Shown here: piece after piece, positions 50,133-60,137 of the stretch | Layout of the letters: the number at the start of each line of letters is the position of its first letter | Position numbering within the stretch: the first letter of the stretch is position 1 | Assembly: GCA_963771355.1 (NCBI GenBank) | Contig: CAVYTA010000005.1 | Coordinates: 192,001 to 256,000 of the forward strand | Direction of reading: 5' to 3' | Length of the DNA stretch: 64,000 nucleotides | Source: an uncultured Candidatus Rokubacteria bacterium | Lineage (GTDB): Bacteria > Methylomirabilota > Methylomirabilia > Rokubacteriales > CSP1-6 | The notes under the pieces: model-generated | Seen by the model: only the letters and a program-made list of their open reading frames with translations | Database searches by the model: none | Told to the model about the DNA's origin: nothing | Program-made: the position numbers and the translations under genes

Positions 50133-50847
50133 GCGCCTGCCAGGAGGCGTGGCCGACGAAGAACGGCCCCAACCGCTCGATGTACTCCGAGGTCTGGATC
50201 GTCCGGCGCATGGCCTGGATCAGGTGCGAGAGCGGATGGAGCTCGGGTCCGACCAGGCCGATGACGAAGTCGTTGTCGTTGGTGTCGAGCCCGTAGCAGG
50301 CTAGCCGGATGTCATGCGCCAGGTCGGCCGCACCGTAGGCGCGGCCGATGGTGGCGTGCTCGCGCAGGATCTTCCCCTGGTCTTCCCGCGAGAGCTTGGC
50401 AAACGCTCCCGTGCGGCGCAACGGATACCAGATGGCCCAGGGCCAGGCCGGATTCAGCGCGGTGAGCCGGGGTCGCCGGAGGAGCCACTCCGCGAGATCG
50501 GGCTCGAAGCCGGACGCATAGCTCCGGCCGAGCATGGTCAGCGCGGGCCGGTGGGTGAGGGTGTCGAAGGGTTCGGCGGCCAGGATCTCGCGGAAGCGCG
50601 TGACGAAGAACGCCGGGTCCTCGTGCATCCCCAGCACGCCCACGCCGCGGGGATCGTTGACGTCGCGGTAGAGGGCCGCCTCCACGCCCGCCTTTTCCAG
50701 CGCGGCCGCGAGCGGCTTGGGATCCGCGCAGCCGCCGTAGACCTGGAGCTGCATGTAGAGCCGCCGGTCCAGGGCCTGGCCGCCGGCCCCGCGCTCCTGG
50801 ACGTCGATCTGAGTCTCTCCTGGCTTGGTCTCTCCCGGCTCGCTCAT
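50119..50847 (-). CDS. Chlorite dismutase-family protein, probable coproheme decarboxylase (ChdC/HemQ)
   Basis: WYPLRR...ILREHATIG...CYGLD..DNDFVIGL...AMR...SEY...GPFFVG. Confidence 0.78.
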   Translation of the reverse strand: MSEPGETKPGETQIDVQERGAGGQALDRRLYMQLQVYGGCADPKPLAAALEKAGVEAALYRDVNDPRGVGVLGMHEDPAFFVTRFREILAAEPFDTLTHRPALTMLGRSYASGFEPDLAEWLLRRPRLTALNPAWPWAIWYPLRRTGAFAKLSREDQGKILREHATIGRAYGAADLAHDIRLACYGLDTNDNDFVIGLVGPELHPLSHLIQAMRRTIQTSEYIERLGPFFVGHASWQAPERR

Positions 50848-50921
50848 GGCTCGCTCCGCCCCGAGGCTACCAGCGCTCGAGGGGCAAGACAACCGGCGGG
50901 CGCGGCGCTAGAATGCAGCCC

Positions 50922-52484
50922 ATGCGTCGCTTCGACGTGGTCATCCTCGGCGGGGCCTTCTCGGGCGCTTCCGCGGCCATTCTGCTCCGGCGCGAGCAGC
51001 CCGAGCTGTCCGTGCTCGTGATCGAGCGCGCCCCTGCCTTCGACGCCAAGGTGGGCGAGGCCACCACCGAGATGTCGGCCATGTTCCTTACCCGCCGCCT
51101 CGCGATGTGGAACCACTTGGAAGTCGAGCAGCTCCCCAAGGAGGGCCTTCGCTACTGGTTCTCCAACGAAAAAGTGCGGAGCCATGCCGACGCCTCCGAG
51201 ACGGGCGGCTTCCTCCGCAGCGCGGTGCCGTCCTTCCAGCTCCGGCGGGACGCGCTCGACGAGCACCTCCTCGCCACCGCGGTGGCAGAGGGTGCGAGCC
51301 TGGTGCGTCCCGCGCGGGTGGGGGACGTGGCGCTGGGGGACTTCGACCATCAGGTGACCTTCGAGCATGAAGGCCGGGCGGAGACGGTGGCCTGCCGCTG
51401 GGTGCTCGACGCTACGGGGAAGGCAACTTTCCTGGGCAAGCGCCTCGGTCTCATCGACAAGAACGAGCAGCACCCGACGGCGGCCATCTGGTGCCGCTGG
51501 AAGAACGTGCGGCACATCGACGACCTCGCCGCACGCGGGGATGGCGGGCTTGCCCACCGCGGGCTCGGCTCGCGCCGCCTCGCCACGAATCACTACATGG
51601 GCTTCGGCTACTGGATCTGGGTGATTCCGCTCGGGCACGGCGAGACCAGCATCGGCGTCGTCTACGACACCCGGCTCATAGGCCTCAGCGCGAGCCGTGA
51701 CCGCATGCGGGATTTCTGCGATTTCCTGCGCGCCATCCCCGCGCTGGCCGAGCTGCTGGAGGGCGCGGAGCCGCGCGGCGAGGACCTGCGCTTCTACGCG
51801 CATCTGCCCTATGTCACCCGCCAGTACATGGGGCGCGGGTGGGCGCTGCTCGGGGACGCCGCCGCGTTCCTCGATCCCTACTACTCGCCCGGGCTCGATC
51901 ACGCCGCGTTCTCGGTGGAAGCCACTCTCGCGATGATCAAGGCGGACCGGGCGGGAGAGCCGCTGGACGCCCGCATCGACGAGCACAACGCCACCTTCGT
52001 GCGCTCCTACCACCGGTTCTTCCAGGCCGTCTATCGCGACAAGTACTACTACATGGGCGAGCAGGATCTCCTCTCGGCCTCCTTCCTGATGGACACCGCG
52101 CAGTACTACCTCTTCGTGGTCATTCCGGCCTACCGGGTGCGCAAGCGCTTCTTCTGGATGCCGGTGCTCGGGGCGAAGCAGGCCTCTTTCGTTTATCACT
52201 TCATGCGCTCCTACAACCGGCGCTTCAAAACGATCGCGCTGGCGCGCCGGCGACTGGGCGCCGAGGGCCGCCGCAATCACGGGCGCCGGCTCAAGCCGTA
52301 CTTCGCCCTGGACTGGGCGCCCGTCCGCATGACGCTACGGGGCTTGCGGATGTGGATGGTGGCCGAGCTGGATCTCCTGCGGCTCCGCGCGCTGTCCCCC
52401 TTCCGACGTCCGACCCCACCGCCACTCCCGTCAGCGCGGCTCGGGCCAGCGGGGGTCGAGCCAGAGAAATCCGCGGCGGAGTAG
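50922..52484 (+). CDS. Flavin-dependent halogenase-like protein
   Basis: ILGGAFSG, KVGEAT, LPKEG, FQLRRDALD, WIWVIPL (WxWxIP), GDAAAFLDPYYSPG. Confidence 0.8.
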   Translation: MRRFDVVILGGAFSGASAAILLRREQPELSVLVIERAPAFDAKVGEATTEMSAMFLTRRLAMWNHLEVEQLPKEGLRYWFSNEKVRSHADASETGGFLRSAVPSFQLRRDALDEHLLATAVAEGASLVRPARVGDVALGDFDHQVTFEHEGRAETVACRWVLDATGKATFLGKRLGLIDKNEQHPTAAIWCRWKNVRHIDDLAARGDGGLAHRGLGSRRLATNHYMGFGYWIWVIPLGHGETSIGVVYDTRLIGLSASRDRMRDFCDFLRAIPALAELLEGAEPRGEDLRFYAHLPYVTRQYMGRGWALLGDAAAFLDPYYSPGLDHAAFSVEATLAMIKADRAGEPLDARIDEHNATFVRSYHRFFQAVYRDKYYYMGEQDLLSASFLMDTAQYYLFVVIPAYRVRKRFFWMPVLGAKQASFVYHFMRSYNRRFKTIALARRRLGAEGRRNHGRRLKPYFALDWAPVRMTLRGLRMWMVAELDLLRLRALSPFRRPTPPPLPSARLGPAGVEPEKSAAE

Positions 52485-53222
52485 GGCGTCGCGGCGGTCG
52501 AGCGCGTAGCCGTGGCGGTCGGCCAGCCCCAGCGCGGCGGCCACGAAGCGCTGGCGTGGGGTGAGGGCCCGTCCCCTCGCGCGTTGCCAGGCCGCTTCCC
52601 AGGCGGCGAAGAAGCGATCGATGGCCCCCGCCGGCTCCGCGTGATGGATGAAGGCCTTGGGCAGCACCGCGCGGAGCACCCGCGGCGTGAAGTCCGCCCC
52701 GACCCGCGGCGCGAGCACCACCCCCGCGCGGCCGAGCGTCCCCCCCTTCCGGAACAGGGTGAACGCCAGCAGCCGGCCATGCGGGTCCGAGGTGCCCTCG
52801 ATGAGCAGCCCGTCCTCGGTGAGCGCGGCGCCCAGCGCCGTCAGCGCCCCCGCCACCGCGGCCTCGTCGTACTGGCGCAGGACATTGAAGGCGCGGATCA
52901 CGCTCGCCCGCTCGCCGCGCGCCAGGGGCAGATCGAAGCCGCCGTGCCGGAAGGCCAGCCCCGGTTCCGCGAAGGCCTGCGCCTCCGCCACCCGCGCGGG
53001 GTCGATCTCGACCCCCAACATCTCCAGCCTCGGGTTCAGTCGCCGCAGCCTGTGGAGCGTCTCCCGCGAGGTCACGGGATAGGCGCCGTAACCCAGATCC
53101 ACGTAGAGGCCGGGCAGGTGACGCAGGAAGGCGGGGAACGCCACCGCCAGGAAGGTGTCCGTCTTCCGGAGGCGATTCGGCGCGGTCTTCCCCCGCGTGG
53201 GCTGACCGAGCGGCTTTCGCAT
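52431..53222 (-). CDS. Class I SAM-dependent methyltransferase-like protein
   Basis: TRGKTAPNRLR, VDLGYG, GVEID, IRAFNVLRQYDE. Confidence 0.7.
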   Translation of the reverse strand: MRKPLGQPTRGKTAPNRLRKTDTFLAVAFPAFLRHLPGLYVDLGYGAYPVTSRETLHRLRRLNPRLEMLGVEIDPARVAEAQAFAEPGLAFRHGGFDLPLARGERASVIRAFNVLRQYDEAAVAGALTALGAALTEDGLLIEGTSDPHGRLLAFTLFRKGGTLGRAGVVLAPRVGADFTPRVLRAVLPKAFIHHAEPAGAIDRFFAAWEAAWQRARGRALTPRQRFVAAALGLADRHGYALDRRDALLRRGFLWLDPRWPEPR

Positions 53223-53250
53223 CGGACTCGATCTTAGTAGAGTCTCGCCC

Positions 53251-54504
53251 ATGGATGCTCCCTCGCTCGGCGATCTCCTCCCCGGTCCCCGCATCTTGCT
53301 GGGGCCCGGCCCCACCATGGCAGACCCGCGCGTGCTCCGCGCCATGGCCACGCCGCTGCTGGGCCAGTTCGACCCCGAGTTCACCGGCATCATGAACGAG
53401 GTGATGGCGCTCACGCGCTTCGCCTTCGAGACGGCGAACGCGCGGGCCTTCCCCGTGCCCGGCACGGGCCGGGCCGGGCTCGAGGCGGCCATCGCCTCCT
53501 TCGTCGAGCCGGGCGAGCGCGTGGTCGTGGGCGAATGCGGGCGCTTCGGCCTCCTGCTGATCGAGATCGCCGAGCGCTGCGGCGCGGACGTGGTGCCGGT
53601 GCGCGGTGAGTGGGGCCGCGCCCTCGAGCCCGACGCCATCGCCGGCGCGCTGCGCGGCGGGAAGACCCGCATGGTTGCCCTCATCCACGGGGAGACCTCC
53701 ACCGGCGTGCTCCAGCCCCTGGCCGAGATCGTGCGGCTTGCCCACGCGCACGACGCCCTCGTGATGGCCGATGCCGTCGTCACCCTGGGCGGCTGCCCGG
53801 TCGAGACCGATGCCTGGGGCGTGGACGTGATGGTGGCGGGCACGCAGAAGTGCCTTTCCTGTCCCTCGGGCCTCGCCCCCGTCACGTACAACGCGCGCGC
53901 GGAGGCCGTGCTGGCCGCGCGGCGCACGCGCGTGCAGAGCAACTATCTCGACCTCGGCCAGCTCGCGGACTACTGGGGCCCGCAGCGCTACAACCACCAC
54001 ACTGCGCCGACATCCATGGTGTACGGCCTCCGCGAGGCCCTGCGCGCAATTCAGACGGAAGGGTTGGCCGCGCGCTTCGCCCGCCACCGGCTCCATGGCG
54101 ACGCCTTGCGCGCGGGCCTGGCCGCGCTGGGGCTCACGCTCTTCGGCGCCGAGCCGCCCGAGCGCCGGCTGCCCTTCATCACGCCGGTGGTGGTGCCCGA
54201 GGGCGTGGACGAGCTGCGCGTGCGCCACCGGCTCATCGCGGACTTCGGCATCGAGATCGGCGCGGCCTTCGGCCCGCTCCAGGGCCGCATCTGGCGCATC
54301 GGCACCATGGGTTACTCCGCGCGCCGCGAGAACGTGCTGCTCGCGCTCGTCGCGCTGGAGAGCGTGCTGCGGCGCGAGGGGTGGAAGGCGGAGGCGGGCG
54401 CGGGGGTGGAGGCCGCCCTCGCGTGCTATGCGGCGTCGGGCGCAGCCGCGGGTGGGCGGGACGTGGACGAGAGCCTGGGGGCGGGCGGGATCGGGCGGAT
54501 GTGA
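53251..54504 (+). CDS. Class V PLP aminotransferase (alanine-glyoxylate / PucG-like)
   Basis: LLGPGP, LGQFDPEF, HGETSTG, GTQKCL, NHHTAPT, WRIGTMG. Confidence 0.92.
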   Translation: MDAPSLGDLLPGPRILLGPGPTMADPRVLRAMATPLLGQFDPEFTGIMNEVMALTRFAFETANARAFPVPGTGRAGLEAAIASFVEPGERVVVGECGRFGLLLIEIAERCGADVVPVRGEWGRALEPDAIAGALRGGKTRMVALIHGETSTGVLQPLAEIVRLAHAHDALVMADAVVTLGGCPVETDAWGVDVMVAGTQKCLSCPSGLAPVTYNARAEAVLAARRTRVQSNYLDLGQLADYWGPQRYNHHTAPTSMVYGLREALRAIQTEGLAARFARHRLHGDALRAGLAALGLTLFGAEPPERRLPFITPVVVPEGVDELRVRHRLIADFGIEIGAAFGPLQGRIWRIGTMGYSARRENVLLALVALESVLRREGWKAEAGAGVEAALACYAASGAAAGGRDVDESLGAGGIGRM

Positions 54505-54527
54505 TTGCGGCGGGTTTCCATCACCGG

Positions 54528-55529
54528 ATGATCACCCGCGCTTGGTTCGCAGCCACTCTCGTCTTCGCACTCCTCGCCGTGCCGCTCGCCGCCGCGCCGC
54601 AGCAGGCGGGAAAGGTCTGGCGGATCGGCATGCTCTGGCTCGGCAGCTCCCTTCAGGATCCCCCGATACGCGTGAGGTTTGACGCCTTCCGGCAAGGTCT
54701 GCGAGAGCAGGGCTATGTGGAGGGACGCAACGTTGCTTTTGAGCATCGGTATGCGAGAGGTGAGCACGGGTTGTCCTCCGGCCTCGCTGCCGAGCTGGTC
54801 CGTCTGAAGGTCGACGTGATCGTAACGCCGGGGAACACGCCAGGGACTCTCGCTGCCAAGCAGGCGACGAGCACGATCCCCATCGTCTTCATGGGAGCGA
54901 TCGACCCGGTTGCCCATGGGTTCGTCGCCAGCCTGGCGCGGCCGGGGGGGAACGCCACGGGAGTAAGCTCCCTGGTCAGCCCGGAGATCATCGGCAAACG
55001 ACTGGCGCTGCTCAAGGAAGCAATCCCGACGCTCTCCCGCGTCTCCGTGCTGAGAAATCCGACCAGTCCAGACATTCACGTGTTCATCAGAGAAGCGGAG
55101 CTCGCTGCCCGGTCATTGAAGGTGCAGCTTCACACCGTGGATGCGCGAGGCGCCGCCGAGTTCGAGAGGGCCTTTGCGGCCATGATCAAAGAGCGCGCCG
55201 GCGCGATTCTGGTGCAAGCCGACCCGGCGTTCCTTTTCAACAGCAGACAGCTCGCTGACCTTGCGGCAAGGAACCGCCTTCCCGCGATGTACGGGCCACC
55301 GGAGCATGTAGAGGCGGGTGGCCTCATGGCCTACGGGCATAACGTGGCCGAGGCGTCCCGACGGGCGAGCATCTATGTAGCCAAGATTCTCCAAGGCGCA
55401 AAGCCCGCCGACCTCCCCGTCGAGCAGCCCACGAAGTTCGACCTGGTGATCAATCTCAGGACGGCGAAGGCCCTCGGCCTGACGATTCCGCCCGCACTGC
55501 TGAACCGGGCGGATCAGGTGATCGAGTAA
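54528..55529 (+). CDS. Orphan ABC_sub_bind-family substrate-binding protein
   Basis: GYVEGRNV, LKVDVIV, DPVAHGFVASLARPGGNATG, KPADLPVEQPTKFDLVINLRTAKALG. Confidence 0.9.
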   Translation: MITRAWFAATLVFALLAVPLAAAPQQAGKVWRIGMLWLGSSLQDPPIRVRFDAFRQGLREQGYVEGRNVAFEHRYARGEHGLSSGLAAELVRLKVDVIVTPGNTPGTLAAKQATSTIPIVFMGAIDPVAHGFVASLARPGGNATGVSSLVSPEIIGKRLALLKEAIPTLSRVSVLRNPTSPDIHVFIREAELAARSLKVQLHTVDARGAAEFERAFAAMIKERAGAILVQADPAFLFNSRQLADLAARNRLPAMYGPPEHVEAGGLMAYGHNVAEASRRASIYVAKILQGAKPADLPVEQPTKFDLVINLRTAKALGLTIPPALLNRADQVIE

Positions 55530-55581
55530 GTCATCTCTTTCGTGGGAGAAGCCTGGCGGCGGCGCAACACGCCCTGCCGGT

Positions 55582-57279
55582 CTACGTCTTGTCGGCCCGC
55601 TCGATCTTGGCCCAGGTGTCGCGGAGCCCGACGGTGCGGTTGAAGACGAGCGTGCCCGCCCGCGAGTCCGGATCCACGGCGAAGTACCCCACGCGCTCGA
55701 ACTGATAGCGGCTCCCCGGCTTGGCGCCGGCCAGGCCGGGTTCGACCCGCGCGTCGGTGACGCGCTCGATGGATGCGGGGTTGAGATGCGCCTTCCAGTC
55801 GAGTCCGTCTTTTTCGTCCGAGGGATTCGCCTTGGTGAAGAGGTTCTCGTACAGGCGCACCTCGGCGGGGACCGCATGCGCGGCCGACACCCAGTGGATG
55901 GTGCCCTTGACCCGCCGGCCGTCGGGGGCGTCGCCGCCGCGCGTGGCGGGGTCGTAGGTGCAGCGGACCTCGGTGATCTGGCCGGTGGCGGGGTCCTTGG
56001 TCACCCCCGTGCAGCGGACGAAGTAGCCGTAGCGGAGCCGCACCTCGGCGCCCGGCGCGAGCCGGAAATACTTCTTCGGCGGGTCCTCGCGGAAGTCGTC
56101 CTGCTCGATCAGGAGCTCGCGAGAGAAGGGGAGCTTCCGCGTGCCCATGGCCGGATCTTCGGGGTTGTTCACCGCGTCCAGCTCCTCCACCTGCCCCTCG
56201 GGGTAGTTCTCGATGACGAGGCGCAGGGGGCGGAGCACCGCCATCACGCGGGCGGCGCGGCGGTTGAGATCCTCGCGGATGCAGTGCTCGAGCAGCGCGA
56301 TGTCCACCATGCTGTCCGCCTTGGCCACGCCGATCCGCTCGCAGAAGTCGCGGATGGCCTCCGGCGTATAGCCGCGGCGGCGGAGCCCGGCCAGGGTGGG
56401 CATGCGGGGATCGTCCCAGCCCGTCACGTGGCGGCCTTCCACCAGCTCCAGGAGCCGGCGCTTGCTCATCACGGTGTGGCTCAGGTTGAGCCGCGCGAAC
56501 TCGATCTGCTGCGGGTGATAGACGCCGAGCGCGTCGAGGTACCAGTCGTAGAGCGGCCGGTGGTCCTCGTACTCCAGCGTGCAGATCGAGTGCGTGACGC
56601 GCTCGAGGGAATCGGAGAGCCCGTGCGCCCAGTCGTACATGGGATAGATGGACCACCGGCTCTCGGTGCGGTGATGGGGCACGCGCCGGATCCGGTACAT
56701 CACGGGGTCGCGCAGGTTGAGGTTGGGCGCGGCCATGTCGATCTTGGCGCGGAGCGTCTTCGCGCCGTCCTCGAACTCGCCCGCGCGCATGCGGCGGAAG
56801 AGGTCGAGGTTCTCCGCCACCGGCCGGTCGCGGTGGGGGCTCGGCCGGCCGGGCTCGGTGAGGGTCCCGCGGTGCTCGCGCATCTGGTCGGCGCTGAGGT
56901 CGTCCACGTACGCCTTGCCCGCCCGGATGAGGTCTTCCGCCCACTCGTAGAGCTGCTCGAAGTAGTCGGAGGCGTAGTAGAGGTGCGGGCCCCAGTCGAA
57001 GCCCAGCCAGTGCACGTCGGCCATGATGGATTCGACGTACTCCACGCTTTCCTTGGTGGGATTGGTGTCGTCGAAGCGCAGGTGGCAGGTGCCGTCGAAG
57101 TCCCGGGCCAGGCCGAAGTTCAGACAGATGCTCTTGGCGTGGCCGATGTGGAGATAGCCGTTGGGCTCGGGAGGGAAGCGCGTGATCACGCGGCCGCCGA
57201 AGCGCCCGGTGCGGCCGTCGTCGGCCACGATCTGGCTGATGAAGTGCTTGCCGGGAGCGGGCGTGGGATTCTCGATCAC
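55582..57279 (-). CDS. glnS: Glutamine--tRNA ligase
   Basis: [59 protein letters not shown]. Confidence 0.97.
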   Translation of the reverse strand: MIENPTPAPGKHFISQIVADDGRTGRFGGRVITRFPPEPNGYLHIGHAKSICLNFGLARDFDGTCHLRFDDTNPTKESVEYVESIMADVHWLGFDWGPHLYYASDYFEQLYEWAEDLIRAGKAYVDDLSADQMREHRGTLTEPGRPSPHRDRPVAENLDLFRRMRAGEFEDGAKTLRAKIDMAAPNLNLRDPVMYRIRRVPHHRTESRWSIYPMYDWAHGLSDSLERVTHSICTLEYEDHRPLYDWYLDALGVYHPQQIEFARLNLSHTVMSKRRLLELVEGRHVTGWDDPRMPTLAGLRRRGYTPEAIRDFCERIGVAKADSMVDIALLEHCIREDLNRRAARVMAVLRPLRLVIENYPEGQVEELDAVNNPEDPAMGTRKLPFSRELLIEQDDFREDPPKKYFRLAPGAEVRLRYGYFVRCTGVTKDPATGQITEVRCTYDPATRGGDAPDGRRVKGTIHWVSAAHAVPAEVRLYENLFTKANPSDEKDGLDWKAHLNPASIERVTDARVEPGLAGAKPGSRYQFERVGYFAVDPDSRAGTLVFNRTVGLRDTWAKIERADKT

Positions 57280-57314
57280 CGGGCGGTCCTCACCACGAAT
57301 TCTACCATCGCCGC

Positions 57315-58496
57315 TCAGGCGCCCACCCGCGCGGGGTGCGCGCGCACCGCGGCCTCGTTCACCTCGGTGCCCCAGCCCGGTCCGCGCGGGATGGTCAGAT
57401 AGCCGTCCTTGACCTCCGGCTTGACCGTCACCAGGTCTCCGTACCACGGCACCACGTCGGGGTCGATCTCCATGATGCGGAGGTTCGGCACCACCGCGCT
57501 CCAGTGGGCGTTCATCATGGTGGCCAGGTGGCCGTAGAAGTTGTGCGGGGCCACGTTGACCTCGTAGGCCTCCGCCATGGCCGCGATCTTGAGCCCCTCC
57601 GCCACGCCGTTCCACGGCGTGTCCACGATGGCCACGTCCACCGACTGCTCCTCGAAGAAGGGCCGGTAGTCGCGCCGGCCGAAGAGGCACTCGCACGAGG
57701 CCACGGGGATCCGGGTGTGGCTGCGGATATAGCGCAGCGCCTTGGCGTCGCGCGTGTCCATCTCCACCCAGAAGAGGTCGAAGGGCTCCATGGCCCGGGC
57801 CATGGTGAGGAAGCCCTCGGTCTTGTAGTTGAAGTTGAGGTCCACCAGGATGTCCATGTCGGGCCCGGTGCCTTCGCGGAAGGCCGCGAGCTGGTCGCGG
57901 ATGGCGCGCACCACGTGGCGGTCGGCGTTGAGCTCGGGGAAGCCCGCGCCTCGCGCGAAGCCGGGCACGTGCGCGGTGGGCTTGTCGCCCAGCAAGAGGA
58001 CGTTCGTCTTCAGCGCGGTATACCCCTTGGCCACGACCTCCTTGCCGACCTTCACGATGTCATCCAGCGTGCGCACCGGCGGCAGCTCCATCTCCTTGGC
58101 CCGGCTCACGCGATAGGTGGCGCAGTGGGACCAGTAGAGGCGGATACGCTCGCGCACGGGCCCGCCGAGGAGCTCGTAGACCGGGATGCCGAGGCCGCGC
58201 GCTTTGACGTCGAGCAACGCGTTCTCGATGGCGCCGATGGCCTGCTGGGTCACCCCGCCCGAGGCCTGGCGTCGCAGCGCGTACATCAGCGCCACGTGCG
58301 CCTCGAAGGCGCGCGCGTCCTTGCCCACGAGCGAAGGCGCGAGCTGCTCGATCATGCCGGTCACGCCGCCGGGGCCGCCGAAATTCTCGTTGTACTCGCT
58401 CCAGCCGACGAGGCCGGTGTCGGTGGTGAGCTTGACGAAGTCGAAGTTGCGCCAGCCCCCGTCGGCGTGGAGCGTCTCGATCTGGGCGATCTTCAT
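57315..58496 (-). CDS. Mandelate racemase/galactonate dehydratase-like enolase-superfamily enzyme
   Basis: [39 protein letters not shown]. Confidence 0.9.
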   Translation of the reverse strand: MKIAQIETLHADGGWRNFDFVKLTTDTGLVGWSEYNENFGGPGGVTGMIEQLAPSLVGKDARAFEAHVALMYALRRQASGGVTQQAIGAIENALLDVKARGLGIPVYELLGGPVRERIRLYWSHCATYRVSRAKEMELPPVRTLDDIVKVGKEVVAKGYTALKTNVLLLGDKPTAHVPGFARGAGFPELNADRHVVRAIRDQLAAFREGTGPDMDILVDLNFNYKTEGFLTMARAMEPFDLFWVEMDTRDAKALRYIRSHTRIPVASCECLFGRRDYRPFFEEQSVDVAIVDTPWNGVAEGLKIAAMAEAYEVNVAPHNFYGHLATMMNAHWSAVVPNLRIMEIDPDVVPWYGDLVTVKPEVKDGYLTIPRGPGWGTEVNEAAVRAHPARVGA

Positions 58497-59533
58497 GCCG
58501 GCGGCACGCCCCCGGGAATGAGGCGGTAGAGGGGCTCCAGATGGCCCGGATCGGGCTTGATGGTGGCCCCCTGCGCGCGGAAGACCTCCACCACCGCCGC
58601 GTTCAGCGGTGCGGGCACGCCGAGCCGAGCGCCCTCGGCCGCCACATAGCCATTGAGGTGCTCGACCTCGGTGCGCCGGCCGCGCATCACGTCCTGGAGC
58701 ATGGACGGGCGCCCGCCCTTCCGGCTCGCCGCGTCGGCCGACACCGCCTGCTCCACCTCGGCCAGGCCGCGTCCCGCCGCCGCGTCCACGAAGCGCTGGG
58801 TGGCGATGCCCCAGATGGGCTCCACCTCGTAGCCGGCCGCGCGGCCCACCGTGATCACCTCGGCGCCCAGGAATACCGCCAGGCGCCGCATCGCGGGATC
58901 CAGGCGCACCTCGGCGGTGCCCAGGCCCGACAGTCCGGCGAGGGGATTCACCATGCAGTTGAGCGCGAGCTTGGACCAGCGCTCGCCCCAGAGATTGGTG
59001 GTGACCTCCGCCGGGGCGACGGCGGAGAGCAGCTCCGCCAGGCGCCGCGCGCGCGGCGTGTCCTTGCCGTCGTGCTCGCCGATCTTGAAGGCGGACTTGC
59101 CCGCGTCGGTACGCAGCGCGTGGCCAGGCTCGTACATGCCTGCGCTGATGAGGATCACACAGCCGAGCGTCCGCTCGCGCCCCGCCACCGCGGCCACGCG
59201 ATGGTCATTGATCCCGTTCTGGAAGTCCACCACCACGCCGTCGGGCTTGAGATAGGCGACGCCGAGCGCGGTGGCCCACTCGGTGTCATAGGACTTCACC
59301 GCGATGAAGACGGTGTCGAAGGGCTCCGCGACCTGCTGCAGCTCGTGGATGTGGAGCGCGCGCACCGGCACCAGATGGTCGCCGCAGGTGCCCGAGAGGC
59401 GCAGGCCGCGCGACCGCATGGTCTCCACGTGCTCCGGCCACTGGTCCACCAAGGTCACGTCCTGGCCCGCGCGCGCGAGAAGCCCGCCCACCACGCAGCC
59501 GATCGCCCCCGCCCCGATGATCCCGATTCGCAT
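58493..59533 (-). CDS. Ketopantoate reductase (PanE/ApbA) family
   Basis: IIGAGAIG, AVKSYD, FQNGI, RWSKL..N, SMLQD...RRTEVEHLNG. Confidence 0.9.
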   Translation of the reverse strand: MRIGIIGAGAIGCVVGGLLARAGQDVTLVDQWPEHVETMRSRGLRLSGTCGDHLVPVRALHIHELQQVAEPFDTVFIAVKSYDTEWATALGVAYLKPDGVVVDFQNGINDHRVAAVAGRERTLGCVILISAGMYEPGHALRTDAGKSAFKIGEHDGKDTPRARRLAELLSAVAPAEVTTNLWGERWSKLALNCMVNPLAGLSGLGTAEVRLDPAMRRLAVFLGAEVITVGRAAGYEVEPIWGIATQRFVDAAAGRGLAEVEQAVSADAASRKGGRPSMLQDVMRGRRTEVEHLNGYVAAEGARLGVPAPLNAAVVEVFRAQGATIKPDPGHLEPLYRLIPGGVPPA

Positions 59534-59597
59534 GGAGTCTCCTTTCGGCGAACCCGGGTAGGCTATCATGTCCGCGCCCACCCGGGAGGGGGCCAGC

Positions 59598-60137
59598 ATG
59601 CTCAGCGCCGCGGACTTCATGCAGCTCGGGCTCACCCGTCTTCACAAGTCGCTGGACAAGGCCATGGCCGACCTCACGCCCGAGCAGCTCCACGCCATTC
59701 CCGCCGGCCATCCCAGGGCCAACTCCATCGCCTTCGGGCTCTGGCACTACGCGCGCACCGAGGACAACGTGGTGCGCTATCTCCTCCAGGATCGACGGCC
59801 GACGGTATGGGGCGAGGGCGGCTACGCCGAGAAGCTGGGGCTGCCGCCGGTGGCGCAGGGGACCGGCATGTCCACCGCGGAGGCGCAGGCCCTGCGCATC
59901 ACGGACGTGCCGCTCTTCCGCGAGTACATGAGCCGGGTCTGGGCGAGCACGGACGAGTTCCTCGCGCGCCCCGACCGGGACGCGATGCTGGGCAAGACCG
60001 TCACCGTGAAGCCGCTCGGCGAGATGCCGGCCATCGTGGCGCTGGGCAACGTCTGCCTCACCCACGGCATGACCCACTTCGGGGAGATCGAGCTCGCGCG
60101 GACCCTGGTGGGCGCGTCCCCGGTGGCCGGGATCTAG
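59598..60137 (+). CDS. DinB-family protein
   Basis: NSIAFGLWH...ED and THGMTHFGEI His ligands. Confidence 0.82.
   Translation: MLSAADFMQLGLTRLHKSLDKAMADLTPEQLHAIPAGHPRANSIAFGLWHYARTEDNVVRYLLQDRRPTVWGEGGYAEKLGLPPVAQGTGMSTAEAQALRITDVPLFREYMSRVWASTDEFLARPDRDAMLGKTVTVKPLGEMPAIVALGNVCLTHGMTHFGEIELARTLVGASPVAGI

Noticed and set aside
54461..55562. Degenerate direct repeat (CGTGG..GAG.AGCCTGG.GGCGG) flanking the ABC_sub_bind gene
   Set aside because: Needs gaps and mismatches in very GC-rich DNA; not distinguishable from chance by eye
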